A DNA stretch of 55,920 nucleotides from the NCBI GenBank assembly GCA_038128845.1, contig JAYPKL010000003.1, forward strand, positions 1 to 55,920, read 5' to 3'. The notes below the pieces were generated by a model. The model was given only the letters and a program-made list of their open reading frames with translations. It was not told the DNA's origin and ran no database searches. Source of the stretch: Candidatus Woesearchaeota archaeon. Lineage in GTDB: Archaea; Nanobdellota; Nanobdellia; UBA10117; ARS21. Positions 44,627 to 54,502 of this stretch are shown piece after piece. Position 1 is the first letter of the stretch. The number at the start of each line of letters is the position of its first letter. The position numbers and the translations under genes are program-made.

Positions 44627-45898
44627 ATGACATTATCTCATCCACACGAGCAAGAGCAGGTTAGTGCTATAAAATATACATTAGAAACAGCTCCAAAAGT
44701 TCAAAAACAACTTAAAGAAAAATTTGGATATGGAGAAAATATGTTTTTTGATTTGGACTTAATAGAATATAGAACTAAAAATTATGCTAAAGATATTGCT
44801 GAAGATTTAGATGTTAAATCTCTTTATGGTGTATCTGAAGGAGTTGCTGAACACGCAGTATGTAGCGCTTTTAGAGGTTACGATAGTGAAGAGTTTTTAC
44901 CCGAATTTCAGTTTGAAGGATTGTTTGGAAAACAACTGAATGATATAATTGAATATAATAAATATAAGATTAATGGTCAGAAAAATTACGCCAATGGTTT
45001 GGGTAAACTAACAGCTGAAGAAAGGTCCAAACTTAATCTGAAAGCTGTTGAAGCACGAGGAGACCATATTTGGAGTCTAGATGAATTAGTAAGTTTACAT
45101 AAAATTCGTAAAGAGTCAGTTGGCAAAGGTCATGATAAAACTAGACCATGTTGGAATTATGTTACTGAAAAATTTAATGAACAACACGGAACAGACCTTG
45201 GTAAAACAGCCGTATCAGTAGCATATTCAAAAAACAAACATATTCTTTCTGAAGCCGGTTTTGAAATAGCTGAACCGTTTTGGAGTTTAGATAAAATATT
45301 AAGTTTACATGAAATTCGTGAAGAGTCAGTCGGTAAAGGTCATTTTAAGAAAAAACCATGTAGGACTTATACTACTGAAAAATTTAATGAACGACATGGA
45401 ACAGACTTTACTAAAATAGAATTAAAAACGGCATATTCACGAAACAAACATCGTCTTTCTGAAGCCGGTGTTGAAATAGCTGAACCTTTTATTTGGAATC
45501 TTGACAAAATATTAAGTTTACATGAAATTCGTGAAGAGTCATTTGGCAAAGGTAATAAAAAAACAAGTCCATTTTGGACTTATGTCACTGAAGAATTTAA
45601 TGAACAACACGGAACAGACTTTACTAAACACGCATTAAGACAAGCATATAGTAAAAATAAACAACGTCTTTCTGAAGCCGGTGTTGAAATAGCTGAACCT
45701 TTTAGTTGGAATCTTGACAAAATATTAAGTTTACATAAAATTCGTAAAGAGTCATTTGGTAAAGGTCATGATAAAACTAGACCATGTTGGAATTATGTTA
45801 CTGAAAAATTTAATGAACAACACGGAACAGACCTTGGTAAAACAGCATTAAATACGGCATATTGGCGAAACAAACATATTCTTTCTGAAGAAGAATAA
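44627..45898 (+). CDS. modular repeat protein: N-terminal HTH-like domain plus 4 x 70-71-aa HTH/Myb-like modules
   Basis: Units start at 45071, 45281, 45494 and 45707 (210/213/213 bp); paralog of 29442-30251. Confidence 0.8.
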   Translation: MTLSHPHEQEQVSAIKYTLETAPKVQKQLKEKFGYGENMFFDLDLIEYRTKNYAKDIAEDLDVKSLYGVSEGVAEHAVCSAFRGYDSEEFLPEFQFEGLFGKQLNDIIEYNKYKINGQKNYANGLGKLTAEERSKLNLKAVEARGDHIWSLDELVSLHKIRKESVGKGHDKTRPCWNYVTEKFNEQHGTDLGKTAVSVAYSKNKHILSEAGFEIAEPFWSLDKILSLHEIREESVGKGHFKKKPCRTYTTEKFNERHGTDFTKIELKTAYSRNKHRLSEAGVEIAEPFIWNLDKILSLHEIREESFGKGNKKTSPFWTYVTEEFNEQHGTDFTKHALRQAYSKNKQRLSEAGVEIAEPFSWNLDKILSLHKIRKESFGKGHDKTRPCWNYVTEKFNEQHGTDLGKTALNTAYWRNKHILSEEE

Positions 45899-45958
45899 GT
45901 ATATTAATTATGCTTTTTTAAGACATTAAAGTTTAATAATATAATTAATAAATGTTAT

Positions 45959-46720
45959 ATGAATGCCAAATTAATAAAAAAAACTAAAATTACTCAAGAC
46001 ATATATTCATTAATTTTTAAATCGGATAGTAAGTTTTCATTCAAACCAGGACAGCATTTGGTTGTTACATTTAAACACAAAGGAATGGAAGAAGTTAGAC
46101 CATATAGTTTTGCGTCTCTGCCAAAAGAATTACATTTTTTTGAATTAAATATAAAACGATACAAAGACGGACTAGGATCTAAATATATGACTGACTTAAA
46201 AATTGGAAATAAAATTAAAATTGAAAAAATAAAGGGAAATTTATATGTACGAAACAAGAATAAAAAAAATATATTTTTAGGAACTGGAACTGGAATAATA
46301 CCAATGATTTCAATGGTTAAGTCATTAGAAAATAATAAATCAGATTTTTATTATGGATGTAGAACTGAAAAAGATATAATTGATTTTAAAGAACTAAAAT
46401 CTAAGACAAATTCAATAAATATTATTTTATCAAAACCAAAAACTAATTGGAAAGGTAAAAAAGGATATGTTCAAGATAATTTTGAAAAATTAAGTAAGAC
46501 ATCAGATTATTACATTTGCGGAGTTCCAAATATGGTTGTTCAAACTAAAAATAAATTAATTGAACTAGGAATACCAAGAAAAAATATATACACAGAAGGC
46601 TGGGAAAAAATTGAAAATGAAGTTAAACTTGTAAAAAAAATTGGAAAAATAAATAAGTTTACTAATTTTATTGTTAATAAAATATTAAAAAATACAGATA
46701 CAAATATAATAAATAAATAA
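45959..46720 (+). CDS. FAD/NAD(P)-binding oxidoreductase, FNR family
   Basis: RPYSFAS, G.GS.Y, GTGTGI.P, YICG motifs. Confidence 0.9.
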   Translation: MNAKLIKKTKITQDIYSLIFKSDSKFSFKPGQHLVVTFKHKGMEEVRPYSFASLPKELHFFELNIKRYKDGLGSKYMTDLKIGNKIKIEKIKGNLYVRNKNKKNIFLGTGTGIIPMISMVKSLENNKSDFYYGCRTEKDIIDFKELKSKTNSINIILSKPKTNWKGKKGYVQDNFEKLSKTSDYYICGVPNMVVQTKNKLIELGIPRKNIYTEGWEKIENEVKLVKKIGKINKFTNFIVNKILKNTDTNIINK

Positions 46721-46721
46721 A

Positions 46722-46880
46722 ATGTCAAATAAAATAAGAAAAGAATTGAATAAAATATGTGACCAGAGAGGATGTAAAAATATGGCAAATACATCCAAAT
46801 ATTGTAACTTTTGTAAGAAAATTCTTTGTGATAAACATTTGTCTGGTAGACACCATTGTAAAAATTATGGCCAGATTTAA
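46722..46880 (+). CDS. 52-aa AN1-like zinc-finger microprotein (not in ORF track)
   Basis: C-x4-C-x9-C-x2-C-x4-C-x2-H-x4-H-x-C; ATG 1 nt after the upstream stop. Confidence 0.7.
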   Translation: MSNKIRKELNKICDQRGCKNMANTSKYCNFCKKILCDKHLSGRHHCKNYGQI

Positions 46881-46903
46881 ATATAATTAAAAATATTTTT
46901 TAT

Positions 46904-47869
46904 ATGATTGAAATATATTTGCTAATCTCATTATTGGCAGTATGGTACGGTGCACATATAGTAGTAGATCATGCTCTAATTGTTGCTAAAGAGCTTAAAG
47001 TTTCAAAATTGTTTATGGGATTAACAATTTTATCTTTAGGTACAACACTTCCAGAAATATTTACTCATATTAATGCTAGTTTAGTTGAAAAGTCGGGACA
47101 ATTTGCATCCAATATAGCTTTAGGAGCAAATATTGGATCAAATATTTTTGAAACTACTATAATGATAGGTATACTGGGATTATTTACTACAATAAAATCT
47201 TCAAAAAATATTCAAAATAGAGACGGTATTGTATTATTATCTTCTGCAATCTTACTATTTTTGCTTGGAATTGATGGAGTAATAAGTAAAGTTGACGGAA
47301 TAATTCTAATATTAACTTATTTGATTTATTTATTTTATTTATACACGCGAGAAGAAAAATTAGAAGATATTATCTCACGAAAATCAAAATTGACTCATAA
47401 GCAATTTAATACATTTTTACATCACGGTTTTCTAATTGCAGTAGGTTTATTCATACTACAAATTGCAGCAGAAGGTGTAATAATGAATACACTACAATTA
47501 TCCGAAATATACGGTATAGATCAATCATTCATAGGATCCATAATTATAGGTTTCAGTTCTGCATTACCAGAATTTACTGTTGCAATTATTGGTTTATTAA
47601 AAAAATCTAGAGAAATATCTTTGGGAGTAATTTTTGGATCAAATATTACAAATCCTACTATCGCAGTCGGAATAGGTGCACTTGTATTTGATAATCCAAT
47701 ATCAAGATCTTTATTATTTTTTGATATACCTTATATGTTTTTGATAGTAGTTTTATTACTAATCTTATTCAAAGAAGATCATAAATTTGGTAAAAAAGAA
47801 GGTATTATCATGATTTTATTTTACATATTTTATGTATTTTATAAATCAAAAGTATACGGAGTAATATGA
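46904..47869 (+). CDS. Na+/Ca2+ (CaCA, YrbG-like) antiporter
   Basis: alpha-repeats GTTLPE..GANIGSN and SSALPE..G.IFGSN. Confidence 0.92.
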   Translation: MIEIYLLISLLAVWYGAHIVVDHALIVAKELKVSKLFMGLTILSLGTTLPEIFTHINASLVEKSGQFASNIALGANIGSNIFETTIMIGILGLFTTIKSSKNIQNRDGIVLLSSAILLFLLGIDGVISKVDGIILILTYLIYLFYLYTREEKLEDIISRKSKLTHKQFNTFLHHGFLIAVGLFILQIAAEGVIMNTLQLSEIYGIDQSFIGSIIIGFSSALPEFTVAIIGLLKKSREISLGVIFGSNITNPTIAVGIGALVFDNPISRSLLFFDIPYMFLIVVLLLILFKEDHKFGKKEGIIMILFYIFYVFYKSKVYGVI

Positions 47870-48408
47870 TAATCGGAGTTTATGGTAAAATTGGTTCAGG
47901 AAAGTCATTTGCAGCAAGTTATATTTGTAAAAAGTATAAATACAAAGAATATTCCCTTGGCGATGAAGTAAGGATACAAGCAAAAAAAGATAAAGTTGAG
48001 CCAAATAGAAAAAATTTGTCCAAAATATCAAGTACTTACAGAAAAAAATATGGAGAAGATTACTGGGTAAAAAGATTAGTAAAAAAAATAAAATCTAAAA
48101 AAATATTAATTTCAGGAATTAGAAGTTATACAGACTACTTATATCTAAAAAAAATTTACCCAAAATTATTTCTAATTGAAATTTATTCAACAGATAATAT
48201 TAGATTTAATAGACTATTAAATCGTAATAGAATAGGAGATCCTAAAAATAAGTTTGAATTTATAAAACAAAATTTAACAGAATATGTAAATTTTTCAGGC
48301 GTATACAAATTAGAAAAAAATGTAGATACAAAAATTGAAAATAATGAAAAACCAAATAAATTATACAAAAATATTGATAAAATAATAAACCAGAAATCTT
48401 TATATTAG
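47866..48408 (+). CDS. P-loop nucleotide kinase (dephospho-CoA/adenylate kinase-like)
   Basis: IIGVYGKIGSGKS, SGIRS, lid RF.RL..R.R.GD. Confidence 0.8.
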   Translation: MIIGVYGKIGSGKSFAASYICKKYKYKEYSLGDEVRIQAKKDKVEPNRKNLSKISSTYRKKYGEDYWVKRLVKKIKSKKILISGIRSYTDYLYLKKIYPKLFLIEIYSTDNIRFNRLLNRNRIGDPKNKFEFIKQNLTEYVNFSGVYKLEKNVDTKIENNEKPNKLYKNIDKIINQKSLY

Positions 48409-48412
48409 TTTA

Positions 48413-49510
48413 ATGAATAAATTTTATGTGAAAAAGTTAATATTATTTTTGACATTTCTAGTATCAATATCTAGTGTTTACGCATTATCTCCGATTATAT
48501 TAGATACTAATCCTATTGATAATTCAATAAATTCCAGAGAAGCAGCTACGTTTGAAGTTACAATTATTAATAATATGAATGAACCCAAATCTTTTTTGAT
48601 GTCAGCACCATTAAGTAAATGGGACGTAACATTTTCAGACTACACTGTAAAAGTTGCCCCAAAAAATACTAAAACCATAAACATGAGATTGGCACCTCCA
48701 ATGAATTCAAACGAAGGTAAATATGCAATATTTATTAAAGCCACAGATATTAATGATCAAGAATCATCTGCTTATAATTATGCTCTTGTTGATATTACCG
48801 ATGTAATAACTGACGATAATCGGGAAGTAACTATAAATGAATCTGTAACAAAAACATTTTTTACACACAATTATAATTTTTTAATTAAAAATACAGGTAA
48901 TGTCAGATATACGGATACATACATTGATTATTTATCAGAACTTGAATATTTTTTATTTTATACAGATAACATATATGAAGTTGATCAATATGGAAAAGAC
49001 AGAGTAATTAAATTTGATTATGGATTAGATCCTAACGAAGCCATAGAAATAAATTATTCAATAAATTACTCAAAAATATATTTAATTATACTTTTAATAT
49101 CTGGAGCATTCATCGGATTCTTATACTATTATTTAAGTAGATTTAAGTTAGAAAAATCATTGGGTAAAAACAAAGATACATTTTCAATTATGCTAAAAAT
49201 TACAAATAAGTCAAAAGTTGAGCAGACAGGATTAATTGTAGAAGATTTTATACCAATGCCACTAACATTAATAAAAAATTTTGGAACAGCAATACCTGAC
49301 CAAATCATATCTTCAAGAAAAGGTACAAAATTAATATGGAAATTTGATTCATTAGCACCTAAGGAAGAGAGATTACTTTCATATGAAATAAAATCAAAAA
49401 TCCACGTAATTGGAAAATTAAATATACCTCAAGCAAACCTTACACAAAAGAAATCTGGCAAACAATTGGCAAAAATATTTTCAGGAAAATTAAATTTAAT
49501 TGGTAAATAA
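48413..49510 (+). CDS. secreted/membrane protein with beta-sandwich-like domains
   Basis: Signal peptide, internal TM, C-terminal VED.IP..W....L.PKEE. Confidence 0.6.
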   Translation: MNKFYVKKLILFLTFLVSISSVYALSPIILDTNPIDNSINSREAATFEVTIINNMNEPKSFLMSAPLSKWDVTFSDYTVKVAPKNTKTINMRLAPPMNSNEGKYAIFIKATDINDQESSAYNYALVDITDVITDDNREVTINESVTKTFFTHNYNFLIKNTGNVRYTDTYIDYLSELEYFLFYTDNIYEVDQYGKDRVIKFDYGLDPNEAIEINYSINYSKIYLIILLISGAFIGFLYYYLSRFKLEKSLGKNKDTFSIMLKITNKSKVEQTGLIVEDFIPMPLTLIKNFGTAIPDQIISSRKGTKLIWKFDSLAPKEERLLSYEIKSKIHVIGKLNIPQANLTQKKSGKQLAKIFSGKLNLIGK

Positions 49511-49549
49511 TAAATAATTTTTTAAAGTAATTATATATAACTTATTTAA

Positions 49550-49652
49550 CCCTCTGTAGCTCAATCTGGTAGAGCGCGCGACTGTAGTTGGATACTGGAA
49601 TAAAATTCCAGCAGAAATCGCGAGGTTGCTGGTTCGATTCCGGCCGGAGGGA
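49550..49652 (+). tRNA. tRNA-Tyr(GTA) with 29-nt intron at 37/38 (49588-49616)
   Basis: C1-G72 pair; BHB: CTGT/GCAG 4-bp helix, bulges AG|T and AA|A, outer TGGA/TCCA. Confidence 0.93.
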
Positions 49653-49656
49653 TTAA

Positions 49657-50373
49657 TTATTGATTAATTCCTAATGATTCATAAATATCATTTAAAGTAA
49701 GATTATATTCAACTGCGATTCCTTCATGCGACCATCCTGAATCCAATAAACTGGAAATCCAGTCTCGATCCGGTAAAGATTTGCATAATTCTTCCAAAGT
49801 TAATTCAGAATTCTGAATATCATCTAAATTTCTTACTACTGGTATATTCTGAATATCATCTAAATTTCTTACTACCGGTCTATTTCTATAAGGATTATCT
49901 ATTCCCATTACAGTATAAATTTTAGAAGGATCAATTACTTTTACATCATTAGAACCTCCAGTTACATAAAGTGCTCTAATGTCTCTATAAATTGTTTTAT
50001 CATCAACTAGATCTTCTAAACCATAAGTAGGATCTATGGATTTATTTGGATTACCTGCTGAAAAAAACTTTGTTTTTCCAAAATGATCTTCAATTGATCC
50101 GTCATGAATAGAAATATATGTAATTAAATTAGGATCTTTATTTGAAATAGAAATTTTTTCTGATATTTTTTCAATTAAACCAAACATTCTTAGTTTATGA
50201 AAAGATAATCCCTTTTCTTCATCTTTTAAATCTAAATATTTGTTCCTTGCATTAATTAAATCTTCTTCAGATAAATCTACATAGTGTTCATTATCTCTAA
50301 CATAACTTTGACCAATACCGGATTCTCCAGTATGTGAATGAGCTGAACTAACTTTAAATGTTACATATGTCAT
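49657..50373 (-). CDS. hypothetical protein with a 12-aa internal duplication and C-terminal HTH-like segment
   Basis: PVVRNLDDIQN x2 (36-bp units at 49810 and 49846); stop 4 nt from the tRNA-Tyr 3' end. Confidence 0.6.
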   Translation of the reverse strand: MTYVTFKVSSAHSHTGESGIGQSYVRDNEHYVDLSEEDLINARNKYLDLKDEEKGLSFHKLRMFGLIEKISEKISISNKDPNLITYISIHDGSIEDHFGKTKFFSAGNPNKSIDPTYGLEDLVDDKTIYRDIRALYVTGGSNDVKVIDPSKIYTVMGIDNPYRNRPVVRNLDDIQNIPVVRNLDDIQNSELTLEELCKSLPDRDWISSLLDSGWSHEGIAVEYNLTLNDIYESLGINQ

Positions 50374-50407
50374 AAAAATAAATTTGAAAATGGCTTTATA
50401 AATTTAA

Positions 50408-51814
50408 CTATATTTTAGATATATCGTGAGAATTGGATTCTCGCATACCTGAACCAGTAATTCTTATAAATTCGGCACTTTCTTGCATACCTTGAATAGA
50501 ATGAGCTCCACAATAAGATATACCAGATTTTAATCCACCATGTAGTTGTTTAATTATATCATTTGTAGGGCCCTTATATGCAACTAATCCTTCAACACCT
50601 TCAGGAACAATATCAAAAATATCTGATCGAATATTTTCTTTTTCCTGCTTACTCATATTAGCACCATAACCTGCCATTCCACGAATAATTTTAACTCTTT
50701 TACCATCTTTTACCAAAACTTCACCAGGACTTTCGTCTGTTCCCGCAAGAAGACTTCCAAGCATTACTGTTGATGCTCCAGCTGCCAATGCTTTTGTTAT
50801 GTCTCCAGAATTTTTTATTCCACCGTCTGCAATAATAGGAACTCCATATTTTTTTGCTACAGATACAGAGTCCAAAATAGCTGTCAATTGAGGAACTCCT
50901 GAACCCGTAACAATTCGAGTAATACATATCGATCCAGGTCCAACACCCACTTTAATACCATCAGCCCCATTCTCTATAAGTTCCATTGTTCCATCTGCTG
51001 TAGCAACATTTCCAACTATTACTTCAATATCAAATTTAGACTTTATAGATTTAAGTGCGCTTAAAGCTAAATCAGAATGACCATGAGCTATATCAATTAC
51101 CAAAAAATCTACTCCTGCATCAATTAAAGCAGATGCTCTATTAATATAATCTTTAACACCAATTGCAGCTCCAACAACTAAATGACCGTTTTTGTCAATT
51201 GTAGCTTTTTTAGATGTTTGATTTAGTATATCTTTTGAGGTTATCATACCAATAACATTATTTGATTTATCAACAAGAGGCAATTTTTCAATTCTATATT
51301 TATCCAATAATTCTTTTGCTTGATCAAGATCGGTATTTTCATTACCTACAATTAATTTTTCTCGTGGAGTCATTATAGTCATAGCAGTGTTTCCATTGTG
51401 CTTGAACCTAATATCTCTCTCAGTTACAATTCCTTGTAGTTTGTTATCTTCAGTTACAAGGAGAGAATGAACTTTTTTTGTTTTCATAATGTATTTAATT
51501 TCATCAAGAGTTGTATTCAAACTCACTCTATACGGTTCTTTAATTATTCTATTTTCTGCACGTTTTACTAATTTTACTTGTTCTACTTGTTCTTCAATAG
51601 AATTGAATCTATGAATTATTCCTACACCACCAGACCTTGCCATAGCAATTGCCATTTCAGATTCAGTTACAGTATCCATATTTGATGAAATAATTGGAAC
51701 TTTAAGTTTAATTTTCTTAGTTAGATTTGATTCTGTTTCAACATCGGATCTAGAAATAACAGAGGATTTTTTAGGAACTAATAAAACATCATCAAAAGTT
51801 ATGCCTGTTCGCAT
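50408..51814 (-). CDS. guaB: IMP dehydrogenase with CBS domains
   Basis: [25 protein letters not shown] (catalytic Cys), ADGGI motifs. Confidence 0.96.
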   Translation of the reverse strand: MRTGITFDDVLLVPKKSSVISRSDVETESNLTKKIKLKVPIISSNMDTVTESEMAIAMARSGGVGIIHRFNSIEEQVEQVKLVKRAENRIIKEPYRVSLNTTLDEIKYIMKTKKVHSLLVTEDNKLQGIVTERDIRFKHNGNTAMTIMTPREKLIVGNENTDLDQAKELLDKYRIEKLPLVDKSNNVIGMITSKDILNQTSKKATIDKNGHLVVGAAIGVKDYINRASALIDAGVDFLVIDIAHGHSDLALSALKSIKSKFDIEVIVGNVATADGTMELIENGADGIKVGVGPGSICITRIVTGSGVPQLTAILDSVSVAKKYGVPIIADGGIKNSGDITKALAAGASTVMLGSLLAGTDESPGEVLVKDGKRVKIIRGMAGYGANMSKQEKENIRSDIFDIVPEGVEGLVAYKGPTNDIIKQLHGGLKSGISYCGAHSIQGMQESAEFIRITGSGMRESNSHDISKI

Positions 51815-51853
51815 TTTGATAAATTTTTCTTTTTATATATAAACTTTTATTTA

Positions 51854-52225
51854 TTACGGGGGAGAACATATAGGCATTCCGTTAGGATGTCTACCGTCAA
51901 TCCAATTCAATACATTTTCAATATTTGAAAGCATAAATTGAATTTCATCAATTTTTGAATCAGAAATTATTTTTTCTAAATCTGACAATGTATCTTTTAT
52001 GGAATCTAAAGACGATAAAGAATGCTCTTGTGAAGAATTATATTCCTTATCAGAAAAGAGATAAGTATGTAAATTATTGGATTCAGAATTATTAATATAT
52101 GAAAATACCAGTTTATCCTCTTTATCATAAACATTAATTCCATTACTATTAATTATTGTATTATATATCTCTGATTCAGATCTAAGAGAATTTATTGCAG
52201 AATGATATTCATTTTTTATATCCAT
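51854..52225 (-). CDS. hypothetical protein
   Basis: 123-aa ORF. Confidence 0.5.
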   Translation of the reverse strand: MDIKNEYHSAINSLRSESEIYNTIINSNGINVYDKEDKLVFSYINNSESNNLHTYLFSDKEYNSSQEHSLSSLDSIKDTLSDLEKIISDSKIDEIQFMLSNIENVLNWIDGRHPNGMPICSPP

Positions 52226-52297
52226 AGAATGTGAGTTAATAATTACTATTTATAAAATTTCTGTAAAGCCTTATAAATTTAATTAGCATAATAATCT

Positions 52298-52897
52298 ATG
52301 GTTAAACAAATTAAATTAGATTATAATCTAAATGATCTTGAACCGGTTATTGATAAAGCAACTATGGATTTGCATTATAACAAACACCATGCAGCGTATA
52401 CAAAAAATACAAATAATATTTTAGATAACCTAGATATTAAATCAGAAGACCATATTGAAATATTTAAACTTTCTAAAGGAAATCAATCATTAATCAATAA
52501 TGGCGGAGGTTGGTGGAATCATAATTTTTATTTTGAATCTTTATCAAAACCCGATACATCAAAAATATCAAAAAAATTTATGGATATAATATCAAAAAAT
52601 TTTGGTTCATATGATAAGTTTGTAGACTTATTCTCTAATACTGCTGCTACACGGTTTGGTTCCGGATGGGCCTGGTTAGGTAAAAAAAATGATGGCTCGC
52701 TAGAAATTTATTCTACTTCAAATCAAGATAATTGTTTCATGGATCATATCAAAAATAATTCAAATCCAATACTTTGTATAGATGTTTGGGAACATGCATA
52801 TTACCTAAAATATAAAAATAATAGAGCTGAATACATCAAAAATTATTTTAGAGTTATTGACTGGGATAAAGTTGAATTAAGATATAATGAAAATTAA
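52298..52897 (+). CDS. sod: Fe/Mn superoxide dismutase
   Basis: HY.KHHAAY, NH.FY, FGSGWAWL, DVWEHAYY motifs. Confidence 0.96.
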   Translation: MVKQIKLDYNLNDLEPVIDKATMDLHYNKHHAAYTKNTNNILDNLDIKSEDHIEIFKLSKGNQSLINNGGGWWNHNFYFESLSKPDTSKISKKFMDIISKNFGSYDKFVDLFSNTAATRFGSGWAWLGKKNDGSLEIYSTSNQDNCFMDHIKNNSNPILCIDVWEHAYYLKYKNNRAEYIKNYFRVIDWDKVELRYNEN

Positions 52898-52988
52898 AAA
52901 ATGTATTTTATGCGGTTGCAAAGATCATCTCATTGTTGGTTGTGTTAATCATAAAGCAAAAACATGTAATTGCTACAAAAAAAAGTAA
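52887..52988 (+). CDS. 33-aa Cys/His-rich microprotein (not in ORF track)
   Basis: MKIKKCILCGCKDHLIVGCVNHKAKTCNCYKKK; start overlaps the sod end. Confidence 0.6.
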   Translation: MKIKKCILCGCKDHLIVGCVNHKAKTCNCYKKK

Positions 52989-53014
52989 TATAAGTTTTTA
53001 TTTAATTAATTTTT

Positions 53015-53386
53015 ATGGATGAAGAGTTCTATGATGAATTATCATATAAAAGAATTCAAAAAATATTGAATATTTTTGAAAAAAATTATGATTTAAAAAA
53101 AATTAATCGTAAAAGATTAATAGACGGCATCCAAGGATTATCATTTACATCTGCATTAAGTTCCGGTTATTTTTATTTGGCAAACTCTAACAACCATTTA
53201 TTTGATTTTTATCAAGGAAAAATTGCTCTTTCTATTATGGGCGGATTATCTTCAATAGTTGGTTTAATGGGAATAAATCAAATATATAAACGAGATTTGG
53301 AAAAATATAATAAAATAAAAAAAGAAATAGAAGAATTGAATATAGAAATAACTACATTGGAGAGTATTTTAACAGAAAATGAATAA
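53015..53386 (+). CDS. two-TM membrane protein with C-terminal coiled coil
   Basis: Hydrophobic hairpin followed by charged heptads. Confidence 0.55.
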   Translation: MDEEFYDELSYKRIQKILNIFEKNYDLKKINRKRLIDGIQGLSFTSALSSGYFYLANSNNHLFDFYQGKIALSIMGGLSSIVGLMGINQIYKRDLEKYNKIKKEIEELNIEITTLESILTENE

Positions 53387-53738
53387 TCAAGATAAACTTA
53401 GATTAAAAAATGAAATAGCTAAATTAATTAGATTTCATAATAAATCGGGAAGTCACTGGAATTGCTATCGCTATTCTACTGCAAATACATACGAACATGA
53501 AATGCGAAAGTTCCAAGTGTTTATGGAATTAAGAAAAAGACAAATTGATGTAATGACTGAAGTTATATTTGAATCTGGCGGAAGGGCAGATTTAGTTACG
53601 TCAGAAGGAATTATTTATGAAATTTTACATTCCGAAAGTATAGAAAAATTTAATGAAAAATTAAATAAATATCCTAGACAACTAGAAATAAGAAAAATAC
53701 ATACAAAAGATTCATGGGATCCATCACTTCTTGATTAA
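53379..53738 (+). CDS. putative PD-(D/E)xK nuclease-fold protein
   Basis: TEVIF..GGRADLV...IIYEIL pattern. Confidence 0.55.
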   Translation: MNNQDKLRLKNEIAKLIRFHNKSGSHWNCYRYSTANTYEHEMRKFQVFMELRKRQIDVMTEVIFESGGRADLVTSEGIIYEILHSESIEKFNEKLNKYPRQLEIRKIHTKDSWDPSLLD

Positions 53739-54428
53739 TTTTCTATCAACACCAAATAATTTTGTAACATACATAATTAATTTATTATTTAATATAGATT
53801 TACTTTTATCAAACTTTTCCATTAATCCAAAAAATGCAATTGTTAATAAAAAATAATTCAAAGGAGTAATTAATTTAAAACCATCATAATAGCCGTAGTT
53901 ACCCGTAGATATAATTATGCTTTCAACAATGTAATCAAGTATTCCTACAAATAATGCTACAGAAAGTACGCTACTTTTATCTAAGTCTGATTTAAATGTA
54001 TTGAATCCCCATAAACCAAGAGGAACTGTAAAAATCAATAGAGATTCATCAATTCCAATTAATAAATTAGATCTTAAGTAAAGTATAAATCCCATAAGTG
54101 AAAGAATTCCAAATAAAAAATTTAATTGTAAATTATATTTTACTTTTTTGAGATTGGAGTGAATAAACTTTCCAATAACTGCTGCTGTAAAAAACATAAA
54201 TGGAAGTTCAATTGGTATTAATCCAAAAATAAAATAGTATGATTCGTTATAGTTCCAAAATTCATTGTATGTTCCAACAAATTCAACAAATATATCAAGA
54301 ACTGCTGCTAAAAGACCAAATAATAAATAATCTGTTAAAATAGAATAATTTTTTTTATAAATTGCATCGCCAAATAAAATAATATTAATTATTAATCCAA
54401 TAATAAATAAATAAAATAATTCGTTCAT
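53724..54428 (-). CDS. polytopic membrane protein with internal duplication
   Basis: About 7 TM; repeated (L/I)LD..VE....G.(W/Y).Y; start MNELFY at 54428. Confidence 0.6.
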   Translation of the reverse strand: MNELFYLFIIGLIINIILFGDAIYKKNYSILTDYLLFGLLAAVLDIFVEFVGTYNEFWNYNESYYFIFGLIPIELPFMFFTAAVIGKFIHSNLKKVKYNLQLNFLFGILSLMGFILYLRSNLLIGIDESLLIFTVPLGLWGFNTFKSDLDKSSVLSVALFVGILDYIVESIIISTGNYGYYDGFKLITPLNYFLLTIAFFGLMEKFDKSKSILNNKLIMYVTKLFGVDRKLIKK

Positions 54429-54502
54429 AATAATATTATATTGACACAATTAAAAATTCTTCTAATAAAAAAATTTAAAAAGGACTTAAAAAAATAAAAT
54501 TA

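Noticed and set aside
29850-45898. Diversity-generating retroelement as the source of module variation
   Set aside because: No reverse transcriptase or non-coding template copy in the window; differences are block-like and not restricted to adenines.
49596-49610. TGGAA-N5-TTCCA in the tRNA-Tyr intron matches the lrp palindrome
   Set aside because: It is explained by the intron hairpin/BHB pairing; a single match to a 10-nt AT-rich pattern is probably coincidental.
4846-50927. Shadow ORFs inside long genes (4846, 11171, 11408, 15639, 18822, 19879, 22878, 25021, 28392, 30752, 32026, 36532, 36850, 37972, 39896, 40235, 40586, 43479, 45367, 45994, 46540, 47846, 48183, 50721)
   Set aside because: Antisense or alternate-frame overlaps with better-supported genes; F/L/I/S-rich composition typical of reverse frames in AT-rich DNA; no motifs.
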